Positions 26,601-40,318 of a stretch of DNA of 64,000 bases are shown here, piece after piece. The stretch covers positions 36,034,464-36,098,463 of the forward strand of contig NC_043011.1 of the NCBI RefSeq assembly GCF_006345805.1, written 5' to 3'. Position 1 is the first letter of the stretch. Each line of letters starts with the position of its first letter. The position numbers were made by a program, and so were the translations under genes. The DNA is from Octopus sinensis (lineage: Eukaryota). The notes under the pieces were generated by a model that saw only the letters and a list, made by a program, of their open reading frames with translations, was not told where the DNA came from and did no database searches.

Positions 26601-27093
26601 TCTAAACTGGGCTTTTTATAGAAAGTAGCAGTCACCCACACATGCAAGTCTCATATCCCAATGCCACCAACGTTGTCCAAAAGATAGACAATGACTTGAT
26701 ACAGCTTGGTACAATATTGACGCAAGCATTGTTGTAAAAATGCCAAGAGCGAGAACAGATATCACAAGGCCTTCTGTCCGATGTTCTAACATTTCTACCA
26801 GTCCATGACTCTGGAGTGTCACTTTATTTATCGACAACGAAAAATTGAAAACCCAACTCGACCTCAGAGGATTTTGAACTCAGAGTGTTGGAAGCCGAAA
26901 CAAATACTTCCAAGCATTCTATCCGATGCTTTAACCATTCTTTTATTTCAACGTCTAATAAATGAGTGTGTATTATATGACAACAGCTGGGGCCTGTTAG
27001 ATTTGTACAAAATCTTCAAGTAGATTCCTTTCTGAGGTAAATTACTCAAATGTTGGTGAGTGTAAAATATATCTATTTGTCCGTGTAACACCA

Positions 27094-27265
27094 ATATAAC
27101 GGAAGGTTTACGAAAATAAACAAAAGACGAAGGCAGGTGGAGTACAAACAAATAATGTATTAGTATGGCGCTCAGGAATAGAAATAAAACAAGTCTTTTA
27201 CGTTTCGAGCCTACGCTCTTCAACAGAAAGATACACAGAAAAAAAAAACAAGGAGAGAAAAAAAA
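27094..27265 (-). mobile_element. Small non-autonomous Penelope-type element carrying a hammerhead motif
   Basis: Homologous over about 165 bp to 54195-54360. Confidence 0.75.
27194..27231 (-). ncRNA. Minimal type I hammerhead ribozyme, A6U core variant
   Basis: UCUUU-CUGUUGA-A-GAGC(GUAG)GCUC-GAA-ACGU-A^AAAGA: 5-bp stem I, 4-bp stem II, palindromic stem III. Confidence 0.7.
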
Positions 27266-27789
27266 ATATAAGCTCATCTTAGAAAAATACTGACGATTTT
27301 CATTAACACACCCACATATAAAAGAACACTAAATGGAAACATCTATCTATATAGTTACATAGAAAAACCGAAGCAGGCAACTGTGTCTTGATTTTTTCTT
27401 TTTACATTACTTCAGATCATTTACTATTCAGATCAGGTGGCAGCCACTCAGAGAATTTCCGCCTGAGTAAAACTTGTGTGTTTCCTAGGAAATGAGTGGT
27501 GATATGGTCTATTCTCTAAAGTTAAACACTAGCCCAAAGAATACTCAAATAGATAGATCTAAAGAATATTTTACATTACATCTTCGTACACTAACTTTGG
27601 TTTCTCAGAAGAGAAATACAGAAGTGGTGAGGGTTGATCTCGAGATGCTTCTCTCAGAACAGAGAGAATAAATAATTCCAACATCATGCTGAAACAACCT
27701 ACTCAAGCTGCAACAGTATCGAAAAACAAACAATAAAAAAATGATGATGACGATCTAAGATTTTAAAACTTGAAACATGTTGCATCCAC

Positions 27790-28195
<406 letters not shown>

Positions 28196-28797
28196 GAAAC
28201 CATTATTATTATCGTTGTTGTTGATATAGTTGTTTATAGTGAGCTGGGGAAAGACTCTTTCTAAATGTTCTGAAGATTTTGGATTATGACTAGGAATATT
28301 CCAGGATCTATTCCTTTCCTGTTCAGAATATTTTACAAAGGAACTTTGTCTTCAGGCCCAGAAATACATTCTCCAAATCAACTAATGTTTAAACGTCCGT
28401 TTCTTTTGGCGTATCTATTATTATTCTTTTTCTAATTTACTCACAAACATATAGCAACGAACAGGGCAATACTTTAAAATAGTGTGGTGAGAAATCGGCT
28501 GAGATTCGAACCATAGTTCCCAGTATTTCTCTGGTCTACAATCACGACCTAATATATTTTCATAAAAGGAAAAGAGTTCTCAATAAAGGATTGAAGGCCT
28601 ACATCAATATGATTTCACCAATCAGCACCGGCTGACATATGGTTGAGATGACAACGTCGGAGCAAGTACATTTTCTCACGCAATGGATTCTAGAACATTC
28701 TAGCTATTTAAAGCTTGCTTACTCAACTAAAAGGGAGCTTTAGAAAATTAATATTTGTAAATCTCACAACGAGAGATATTCAGCAACAGCACTTTGT

Positions 28798-29160
28798 AGT
28801 AAAGATTGTTTGCAAACATAACATGGCAGTCCTGGTTTAGGAAGAATGTTGCTGTAATTTAGCCCCAGGAGACATCATCTCCAGCTGGCTATACGACACG
28901 ATCTGTGTCCTTATATTTTCGAGCAAGGGAATCTTGCAGCCCGACTCAGCTCAAAATAATATCTCAAAACAATAACTCAGAAATCGCGATACACAGATAT
29001 TGCTTTGAGCTGAGTGTGGGTGATAGCTTTCCTTGTTCGAAAATATAAGGATACAGATTGTGTCGTATAATCAGCTGGGGACGATGTCTCCTGTGGCTAA
29101 ATTACAGCAACATTCGTCCGAAAGCAGACTGCCATGTTATGTTGGCAAACAATCTTCACT
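28798..29160. mobile_element. Foldback MITE, about 360-bp imperfect hairpin
   Basis: AAGATTGTTTGCAAACATAACATGGCAGTC...CTCAGCTCAAA is mirrored by TTTGAGCTGAG...GACTGCCATGTTATGTTGGCAAACAATCTT; an arm fragment also occurs at about 18517-18570. Confidence 0.8.
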
Positions 29161-30308
29161 CCTAAGAGGGAGCTGTTTCAAGATTTGAACGAGTTAGTCG
29201 TTTGCCCTCGAAAATAGTCTCTCATTTTTCCCCCTCTTTCTGTCCTATTCACAGCTCTAAACTAGTAGCCCCAATCAACCAATATTCACTATATGCAGTG
29301 ATTCGTATGCCCTATATTACTTTCATAATATTAATTTATCAGAACTTTGTTGTATCTTGGGAAGGTCATTACGCCAATAACTCGGGTTTCAAAACACGAG
29401 TTCATATTAAGAATCTTGCAAACCAGACCAAACACAAAAGCGAAATTTATTGGAAGTCTATTTATAGAAAGTTAACACGGTAACACCATTAGTAGGAGAG
29501 GTTGACAAGGTAAAAGAGGAGGGTGAAATACTGTATGTGAACTCCATAGCGAACGGTAGCATCATCTCGCCGTCTTATGATGATGAAGAAAATAAGGTGG
29601 TTGAGTGAGAAGAATTAACAGATTGAATGCCAAAGATGAAAACACGAGAAGCATCACGCTCATAAATAGAAATGGATTTAAAGAGATAGGGACTAAAGCA
29701 TTCGAGTTGATGCTTGAACTTGAAAACATGGTATTCACAGTACTTAGAATAGCAAATAAAGGACTTTCCAGCCGTGATAATGTTTTACAGTTTTTTTAGG
29801 GGCAAGAGGGACACGTAAAATCATTTTCTTAGGCTTGGATGTATCTCATGCCGGTATCATTGTGAATTTTAGAATAGTAAGATCCGCTTTACACTTGTAC
29901 ATCTTGCTACATTTCCCATATGAGAAATTCTTGCAAGAAACAGACTCGTCCACATTCAGTACAATAGGATGATGTCGATTTTCTTCCACTACTTCCCACT
30001 TGCCGCAGCCCATTTCACCTTTGCTAGTTGTAACTTCTGGGTCTTCAAATGAAACTTTACCCAAAGTTATTGCTCGACTTCAAATTGCTGTATTACATAC
30101 CACATATCTCAATTTTCTTTCCAGGCACTGAAAGTAATCACTGAAGTTCAAACCCTGACAAGCTTGTGTTGTGGGCATTGATCTTCGCAGAGTTTACCTT
30201 TTATCAACAACTTTGTCATTCGCTCTCACAAGTTTCCTCCCAATGTTAACCTGAAATGATGTACATCAGTGTCAACAGCGAGACAAATGAAGTCTCTGCA
30301 TTAATCTA

Positions 30309-30868
30309 TTGGGTTGTCCGGAAAGTTCGTGCGGATTTTTAAAGGAAAGAAAAAGGTCAATAAGTACTTGCCATTCCCCAAGCTCAACCAGGTGCTGATG
30401 AACAACGGATTTTGATAGGTTGAGGCTTTCTACCAATTCTCGAGTTGTGCAATGTAGGTTATTCTCAATTAATGACTTGATTTGGTCATCATCTGTAGTG
30501 TATGGTCTGCCTGATCCCTCTTTATCAATAAAGCTACAATCTCCAGACGGAACTTTGTCAACCATTTCCGTACAGTTCTTTCGGATGAAGAAACATCACC
30601 GTAAACTGCGCATATTTCTTTGGTTGCTTGTGAGGCATTTTTCCCTTTACGGAAAAAAAAGCATCAAGTGCCGAAAATGAACTTTTAAAGGGTCACAGAA
30701 TTAAAACAAGTTAGAGGAACATAAAACTTCTTCCACGAAAAGATAGCTTAAACTGTGCTCTAAATGGAGGTGTAGTCAAATCATCCTATTTTATGGACTC
30801 AAATATGTTCTAAAATAAGTCGAAAGGTAAGCCACTATAAATCGGCACGAACTTTCCGGACAACCCAA
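30309..30868 (-). mobile_element. Internally deleted mariner transposon
   Basis: TA TSDs at 30307-30308 and 30869-30870; TIR TTGGGTTGTCCGGAAAGTTCGTGC; transposase HTH relic EGSGRPYTTDDDQIKSLIENNLHCTTRELVESLNLSKSVVHQHL. Confidence 0.92.
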
Positions 30869-30997
30869 TACTTTCTCTGACATTGCGTAACAGCGTCAAG
30901 AATATGTGCGTCCCAGCGAATACACATAACAACCGAAAAGTACTGCTAATGAAAACGTTACTAATGTTTCATATCCTTCCTACACGTTGTCTATGTA

Positions 30998-31509
30998 CCG
31001 TAAAGTCCGCCCTTGAGTATAATACGCAGGGGATTTTTAGGGGGCTGTACCTCTGAAAAACCTAAACCTTGTATATAAGACGCACTCCTTCTCTAACTTG
31101 AGTCGTGCGTAATTATGTCAGCAGCAACTAGTCGAACAAACACTTCTGCGCATGCGTAATACAATAATAGTGATGTTCTTAACTGTTATATGGGAATGTA
31201 AATATTTTTGCAAATTGTTTTTGTTATATGTCATTCTGCTGTGTTCTGAATACTTTTATTTTAATAAATGTTGCTTACTGTAAGTTATGGATGATTCTTT
31301 TATGACTTCATTGCTTTCAGGCTTAGCTTAAGGTATTTTCGCGCCCGACATCACAAAAGGCTTCTGAATAAACATTGCCGGACAGCAAATAAAGACTCGG
31401 ACATTGCTTAGAAAATATTTTTCATTTTTAACCTCGTATATAGTACGCACTAGGGTTTTTGACCTTTAAATTTTGGGGAAAAATGCGGATTATACTCGAG
31501 GATTTACTG
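30998..31509. mobile_element. Tigger/pogo-like MITE
   Basis: TA flanks; left end CCGTAAA...GAGTATAATACGCA matches the right-end reverse complement CAGTAAATCCTCGAGTATAATCCGCA. Confidence 0.75.
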
Positions 31510-32394
31510 TATCAAAAAGAGTACAGTAAACACGTAAGTATGCAGGTGTTGTAAACAAACCTCGTAGCTGATTGTTTAAAGCTACATATCTAGTATGAAC
31601 ATAATACATTATCGGTTGTTGCTTACGGATGTAAAAATATTCCATCACCTGTTGAACAGTGGTGGCTCAAGAAATTTTCCAGGTACTGAAATCTGTCATC
31701 GGTTTTTAGTTAACATAGTCTCTAACTGATAATAATGGTTGATACGTGTTAGGATTTTCCCCAGGGTTTATTTAAATTGCAGAAACTTTGCAGACAGTAC
31801 TACGCCTAAGTAGGAACTGTTAGGTATAGTCTACAGACAAAAACCGTTCGTCAAATTTCACACAGAGCTACTAAAAGACTTCGATTTTGTACATAATTGT
31901 CTTACATGATTTTACTATTGTTTGGTGCCTAATGTACACGACTTGGTTGCAATTTCTAAATGCATGCAATACAGAAATATACAACAAGCAGAGTGGGCAA
32001 GACACGCACAGGTATACACATTAATAAATCACACACACACACACACACACACACGGATCTATGTTCATAAAGCTATCATTGGATAGATTCCACAAAGTGA
32101 GGAAGATTCAGAAGGTTACTGCTGAAAAAGCTAGCTGTCCATAGAGTTCAGTAGGAAAACATCTCTCTGAAATTGGCCTGGATAAGTAAAGGGTGGGGTG
32201 GCAGAATAAGATGCAGCTGCATGAGGGACGAACGAAGCTGCAAGAATCATATACACACAACATATATATATTAATATATAATATATATATATATATATAT
32301 AATATATATATACATATATATGTGTGTATATATATATATCTACACACACACATATATATACATATATATATATATATATACATAAATTACATAT

Positions 32395-32645
32395 GCATAT
32401 ATGGATACAGAACGTCACCAACAGTAAACAACATGAAATACGAACACAAAAGCGTTCAATACACAAAGAATGAGAGAAACAAATGGAAAACAAGACAAGT
32501 AACATAAAGAACTACCCTTCATCAGTTGTCGGATGTCTATCTACTCCTCATTTCGAACATTGAACGACAATATGAATCTTCGAAAATAGTTGGTCCCAAA
32601 AGTACAAAATAAATTTTGGGATTTATGGAGGGTCAAAGTGGACAG
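32395..32645 (-). mobile_element. Small element between (TA)n arrays carrying rearranged hammerhead segments
   Basis: About 250 bp of non-microsatellite sequence containing CTGATGA with complementary stem segments; boundaries approximate. Confidence 0.5.
32512..32576 (-). ncRNA. Candidate non-circularly permuted hammerhead ribozyme
   Basis: UUCAU-A^UUGUCG-uuca-AUGUUC-GAA-AUGAG-(15 nt)-CGACAA-CUGAUGA-A-GGGUA: all core residues present and stems I, II and III can form. Confidence 0.5.
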
Positions 32646-32649
32646 CCAT

Positions 32650-32936
<287 letters not shown>

Positions 32937-33449
32937 TGCCTATAACTATTTCCCACCTTGGGTTTTTGCTAATATCTAGGAATTTGGATGCAGCAATCTT
33001 CAATCCAGATGACTGATGTAGTTGCATGAATCTTATATGAACTCTTATAAAATATTCTCTCATAAAAATATTACGTTATGCTGATTGTGTTTGTAGAATA
33101 CATTAATGGTACAATTTGTACGTGAAATATTCAGCCATTTCCACAGTAATTCAATGAATAAAAGTAAGTTTATTTGGTCAAACAAGTGAATACAAATAAT
33201 TGAATGCGACGGAGATCCATTTACACTAAGTTACATATACAGAGAGAAAGACAAAAGACGAAGAGAGAAGTCGGTCAGTAGATAGATGTCAGTGTAAATG
33301 TATATATGCATGCACGGATGCTTATATCTTCCCTATTAAAGAGGGAAGTTGGTGTAGGTATAAAAAAAAGTTTCAAAATCTTTCTGGTTTTCTACTGAAT
33401 TATTCAACACACAAATATATTCATTGATTTCAAAATGGGAACAAAACCA

Positions 33450-34190
33450 ATAGGAAATTCCACAATGCAGAAACAACAACGAGGTAAACAATAGACACTG
33501 CTGCCATCCCTACCACTTTTTGCACCTCCAGAATTATCCTCATCGGTTTCACCATCACTGTGACTGCGGCTACAAGCAACATCAGAGAATTGCAGCTCCA
33601 CAAAGCAACAGGAGCACTATGACAACCGTCAGCATCAGCTTCATCACCAACACTGCAAGCAAAGAATCTATGATACCCAACGCAAAACACATCTTTAACA
33701 TAAGCACTGCCACGTCAGCCACTACCAGCATTATACCAACTAAAGTATCCTACCCCCACCCCTCAGCACCACCACGTCCATAGCCACGAACTTGACTAAT
33801 TTGACTAATACCATGTTCCACAATCACTGACTAAGCAACCGTTACCGCAGCCATCAGCATCAATATTACAACCACGTAAATCAAATCTATGGTGAGAATA
33901 TTATAATCATGCCCATGACCACCACCACCATAAACAACACAACTATAACTAGCCAAACTTTCGGCTTCACAGAAATCACCACCATCTTCATCATCATCAT
34001 CATCATCATCATCGACAAATGCAACTGTTGAGAGCAACACCTTTACTACGGATTCGACAGCACCACTCAAAGCAACAACCTTCATCGCAACCACATATGC
34101 TCCACCATCAACACCACCACCCACCACCCAACACCACTACCACCACCACCACCACAACAACAACAATCTAGCTACCAGAAACATCCACAT
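33450..34190. repeat. Degenerate (ACC/ACA/CAT)n low-complexity tract
   Basis: Three-base periodicity; Thr-rich frames are broken by stops and frameshifts. Confidence 0.75.
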
Positions 34191-34429
34191 CTATCAAGCT
34201 TGCCACGCCACTCTAGTGTAAATAAAATAACTTTGTAATTTTCTTTTCCTATCCACAGCAAATAATAAGAGCAACGATAATAATTCTAAATGAAATAACT
34301 TTATCGAGTCTCAAAAGATTCAATTATCTTTAAGAAAACATCATGAGGAATATGATCTTTTGTGAGGCTCTGCTATTACTCAGCAATAATTTGATTTCAA
34401 ATAAACAAACTATAAGACACACTACAGCA

Positions 34430-34604
34430 CTGCATATGCATGTGTAAACGTGTATTCTTACACATCTGGCTATGCGTACATATATGCATTCATGTATGAA
34501 AGTTTATCTATGTATGTATACGAACATATCCATGGACGCATATGTTTCTATGCATTTGTGTATGTAAGTGTACATATAGTACATATATATATTTATGTAT
34601 GTAA

Positions 34605-34639
<35 letters not shown>

Positions 34640-34678
34640 GACAGCTATGTGCAATATACATACATATGTATATATATA

Positions 34679-34711
<33 letters not shown>

Positions 34712-34744
34712 CTATCTATATGTGTGTGTGTATCTGTATGAATA

Positions 34745-34776
<32 letters not shown>

Positions 34777-35613
34777 GTATATATATATATGCATGTATAT
34801 ATATATATTCACATGCATATACATAATATATGAATGTATGCATATATAAAATTTATACATAATATGCACATTATGTGCATATATGCATACATATATATAT
34901 AAATATAAATATATATATGTATATATTTCTGTGTGCATATTTGTGAATACATACGTGCACTTGTATATATACATGCATACATACATATATACATACATAC
35001 ATACGTACATACGTACACACATACATACATGTATGTATATATGTATGTATATATATGTATATACACGTATGAATTTAAGTATATATAATATTTACTGCAC
35101 ACATATACTACACAAAACCATAAAAATGCTACCCATGAATATATGAGTTTATTGTATCATACCCATACACTTGCAATGTATATATATGTAGGTTCATAAG
35201 CATGCACACAAAAAAGAATTTATACAAGACACATGCAGATATATATATGCTTGATTTCTATATGGTTGCATATATGTACACACAATCTGATATATTTACC
35301 TTATATATATATACACACATCTGAATGTATTCGGCAATGGACATATACACATACAGATCAATACGTGCATATATGCACACTTTTCTTATAAAAATATATA
35401 TATATATGTATTATATTTATATATATATATATATGTATACACACACACACATACATGCACAGTTACTTACATAGATATATATAATAACATATGCATGTAT
35501 CAACAGAATAATATGTACATATGCGTGTGTATATATTTATATATACATATACATAGATATAAGCATGTTTGTGTGAGAGTATAGACATACACATATATGC
35601 ATGCGTGTATATA

Positions 35614-35655
<42 letters not shown>

Positions 35656-36243
35656 ATATATATGTATATATATATACGTATATATATATATATGTGTGTG
35701 TGTGTATGTGTGTGTGTGTGTGTGTGTGTCTGTATATAAATATATATATTTGTATACATGTACATATACACATATATATATACACACATACACACACATA
35801 TATATATATATGTATATATCTATATCTATATCTATAAATATATATACACACACATATATATATATATACATACATATGTAGATATCTATCAATCAGGTAT
35901 TGTTGTGCAAGCTATCACAGAAGGAAAAGTCAATTTGAGTTTCCAGTCATGATTTTGTCCATCAAAATAAAACATTTGATTGCTACGAAGAAAAGAAGAA
36001 AAAAAAAAATTGCGTGTATATACAATAAAATAAAAAGCAAAACAAAAAGAAAAAAAAAAGAAATCTAATAAGACTCTTACAATATTTCTATTGATAAACA
36101 TGGGCATGCATATATGTGTGACTGATCGCTGATTGTGTATTTGTATGCATGTGTTGACTGTTAATTGATGCAAATATGGGTGTATATGCGTTTGAGTGAT
36201 TTTTGTATTTATGTGCATACTGGTTTATTATATTAAACCATAC

Positions 36244-36289
<46 letters not shown>

Positions 36290-36309
36290 AAATATGTATT
36301 ATATAATAT

Positions 36310-36341
<32 letters not shown>

Positions 36342-36358
36342 CTATATATATAAATATA

Positions 36359-36393
<35 letters not shown>

Positions 36394-36728
36394 ACTATAT
36401 ATATATAACAAATACAACAAAACTATATATATATTATATAGATATAATATACACACTATATATATACTATATAGATATACATATTATGCATATATATATA
36501 TATATATATATATAGATATATATAGCTTATATACATATAGAATATACATATATAGCATATATATATATATATACATATACACACACAGATTAATTTTGTA
36601 TACACTTACATATATGATAGATTTACACAGTTATATATATACACATACATATATATATATATATATACATAAAATGTATTATAATAATTATACATAACAA
36701 TATATATGTGTAGTGTAAAGATATTTAT

Positions 36729-36764
<36 letters not shown>

Positions 36765-36870
36765 ATATATATAATAATATATATATATATAATATATATT
36801 ATACATACATACATACACATACAGATGCATACCTATATAAACCCATATACATGTATACATACATAAAGTT
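34430..36870. repeat. About 2.4-kb field of degenerate TA/TATG/CA microsatellites
   Basis: Seen directly. Confidence 0.93.
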
Positions 36871-37160
36871 TGTGCATGTTTACATGTTTGTGAATGTATT
36901 TTTCTTCGTATGCTCTGCTATAAGTATGCAGATGAGTAATTTTAGTTGTATATACGAGGTTGAATATTTGTTGCTATATTTTTCTACACATATGTATGTA
37001 CCAAGCATTTATGTATGTATGTGAGAGATATTGAGGTAGAGAAGAGAGAGAATTCAAACAAAATTGCCAATCTTTAGCCAATATTCAATATAAATAAAAG
37101 TGGAGGAATGCATACATACATGCATACATATGTATATGTATATGTAATATATAAAAGAAA

Positions 37161-37326
37161 TTACAATGGTGTATAATCGTATAATCTTATTTGGCTCCTT
37201 GTTAGCAATCTTTTCTTCTTTACTTCCTTTCTGTATTTATCTAGAAATCTCCTGTAAAGTTTCATCTGCTGTAATTTCTTTACAACAGAGTGAAATATAT
37301 CTGAACAATACACCACCATATTGTAC
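37161..37326 (-). CDS. Candidate terminal coding exon of an unidentified gene (YNMVVYCSDIFHSVVKKLQQMKLYRRFLDKYRKEVKKKRLLTRSQIRLYDYTPL*)
   Basis: AATTGTAG acceptor, 54 open codons then TAA, located at the edge of the CpG-depleted domain. A plus-strand frame is also open here, so the strand is ambiguous. Confidence 0.38.
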
Positions 37327-37865
37327 CTACAATTGCCTTAAGCTAACAAGAGAATCACTTACATAGCCACTCTACTTGCAAGAAATAGCAGCCTAAACTA
37401 GAACTTATTGTCGTTTAGGAAAAGAAAGATGTAATAGAGCAATTTTAACTCTGGATGCTTCATGTTAAACATAAAATACAGAATAGCCATATCTGGATTA
37501 TGTTTGATATTTAAGTCTTAATGAGTCAGGGCTCACCAAAAGCTGAACAATGCCAATCACAACTATAAATCACTTCAAAAATTTCCACTCAACCAATTCG
37601 AAATAACTGTCAAGTTTCCTTCACACTACTATCTTAAATGTTGGAAGAACCACATTATATGATGTACATCAAGGTACACAATGTCTGAAGAAAAAAAGGG
37701 AGATGGAATGATCATTACTGATAGGTCTTTGATTAATCAACAATGCCAAACTACATACACACCTACATATACATAAGTATTTGTGTATATATACACATAC
37801 TTATATATTCATACATATTTATGTATATGTATACACACACACATACACATATTAGGTCCACTCTG

Positions 37866-38005
37866 TAGGGTGGTTGGTGTTAGGAAGGGCATCCAGCCAT
37901 TACAACTGTGCCAAAACAGACGTAGAAGTCTGGTGCAGTTTTCTGCCTGGCCAGTTCCTTGTCAAACCAGCCAACCCATGCCAGCATGAAAAGCATATAT
38001 TAAAC
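37866..38005 (+). mobile_element. Family-C SINE 3' part (RTE-like tail)
   Basis: GGAAGGGCATCCAGC...CAACCCATGCCAGCATG...TTAAACG followed by a degenerate (GAT)n. Confidence 0.75.
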
Positions 38006-39868
38006 GGCGACAATGGCAATGATGAGAACAATGATGATGACAACATAGTGATGATGATGATGACGATACTATTTGTATTAGTCAGATTGGTGTCCGTGTC
38101 ATGATCAATGTTTTCAGTACGTTTTTGGCTATTGTATCTTTCAGTCTTCTTCAAGTGTTTTGTGTTGAACGCTGTTGCTGTATAGGAATTTCGAACTTAA
38201 CCTTTTATTCAGTCCATGAAATGAGAACAGTGTACCCCCATGGACCAAATGAAAAGTTAGGCTCAAACTTCCAGTTCAACACAAGACACCTGAAGACAAC
38301 TGGAGCATACACCAGCTGAAACACAGTAAAATCAACAATTAAGATAAAGACACATGTCCAAACAAATGTAAACTATACACAATATAAGGTGTAGTGTTCT
38401 CATGAAAAACAAACATGATTGTGTGATTTCCAAAGTGGTCATCATATAGTGGGTGCACATATGCATCAGTAAAGTTCAAAGTCACTTTCAAATTTGCTCT
38501 TTGTTTTATTTAGGATGTGTGAACGTTCTCAATGTATTTTATTCAGCAATTAAACAAAATCTGAGTAAACATGTTATTTTCTTTAAATTCTTTAACTAAA
38601 GTAAACTCAATGTACATCATACATTAATGAGGTATAAAAAATTGCAAGTACTCACACAGTTAATGTTATACCTGGTGCATGAATTTTCTAAATTAATTTT
38701 ATACAGCAATTACAATATACTTGACAAAGCACTCCTTTATGTACCCATTGTAATAATGAGGAATTGTTGTTGTATGTTATAAAGAACTGAATGCAATAAT
38801 TGCTATGATACTCAACGCGAAAAGCACCGTTATTGAGGATGGGTAACCATTATTTATCAATGCTTTACAAAACAAAATATATACAAGGACCACAGTACAA
38901 AATCAGAAAGAAAACCAGGAAAATAAATTTAATGAGTCAAACACTGAAGTCAAAATTAATTACAATTAGAAATGAAGAAAATGAATGAAACGAGGGGATG
39001 CATAATGCAGAATGTTGAGTGGACAATAGAAAAGATGTGGTTGTGAATAAAGATAGGATGTTCATAGCTGGAACAATTCCTTTAATCATCTGTCTGCTGG
39101 ATCAGAGCTGAACTGAAGCTAAACAATATCAAACAACAAACAAGTACCATTAGGAAAAGTCATCTGAGGAATATTTCTGTAAATGTGTTATAAAGTAGTA
39201 TTGATTGTTTATTAACATATAGATAGGTTGATATAATGTATGCAGACTAAATAATACATATATATATATTTTTAATTAATTAATAATGTACATGTCAGCT
39301 TAACGATTCTATTGCACAGATTTCAAAGTAACTATAATCAATTCGGCACACATCTCCATAATTGTTACACTAAGTAATATCAATAATTGAAAATTAATCT
39401 TATTTTACCACATTTCTTAACTTTTTATTCTTATCTTTGCAACTAAAGTATTAAAAATGTCTTAATGTATATGCTACCGAGCAATGTCATTCACACTATC
39501 AGAAGCAAAGCACAGCAAAATAAACTAAAAGCATAATTAAAGCTTGGAAACACTAAACCAAATATGTATGGTGAGAGACAAAAAAAAGAAAGAAAGAGAG
39601 AGGGAGAGAGAGAGAGGGAAGAAGAAATAGACACATGAAGTGGACGAGGTTGGGAGTATATGTCATTGGATACATAATTACATACATGCATATATATATA
39701 TATATGTATGTATAAACATATATGTAAATAAATATATATATATATATACTTACCACACAGCCACCCCTGCACTTATATATATATATTATATATATTATAT
39801 ATATTATATACATATATATACATATACATATATATATATTATATATATTTATATGTATATGTGTATAT

Positions 39869-39914
<46 letters not shown>

Positions 39915-39916
<2 letters not shown>

Positions 39917-40318
39917 TGCAGGAGTGGCTGTGTGGCAAGTAGTTTGCTTACAACACACATGGTTCAGTCCGGGTTCAGTCCCACTGCATGACACCTTGGC
40001 AAGTATCTTTTACTATAGCCTTGGGCCGACCAAAGCCTTGTGAGTGGATTAGGTAGAAACTGAAAGAAGCCCATCGTATATACATATATATATATATATA
40101 TGTTCGCATGCATGTGTGTGTTTGTGTGCCTGTGTTTGTCCACCCCACCATTGCTTGACAACCGATGTTGGTGTGTTTACATCCCTATAACGTAGTGGTT
40201 GGGCAAAGGAGACCAACAGAATAACTACCAGGCTTACAAAGAATAAATTTCGGGTGGGTTGATTTGTTCGACTAAAGGCAGTGCTCCAGCATGGCCACAG
40301 TCAAATGACTGAAAAAAA
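39915..40318 (+). mobile_element. Family-A SINE, CpG-decayed
   Basis: Head, microsatellite, tail. Confidence 0.9.

Noticed and set aside
33450-34190. Mucin-like Thr-rich gene
   Set aside because: Multiple stops and frameshifts and no splice structure; a decayed ACC repeat.
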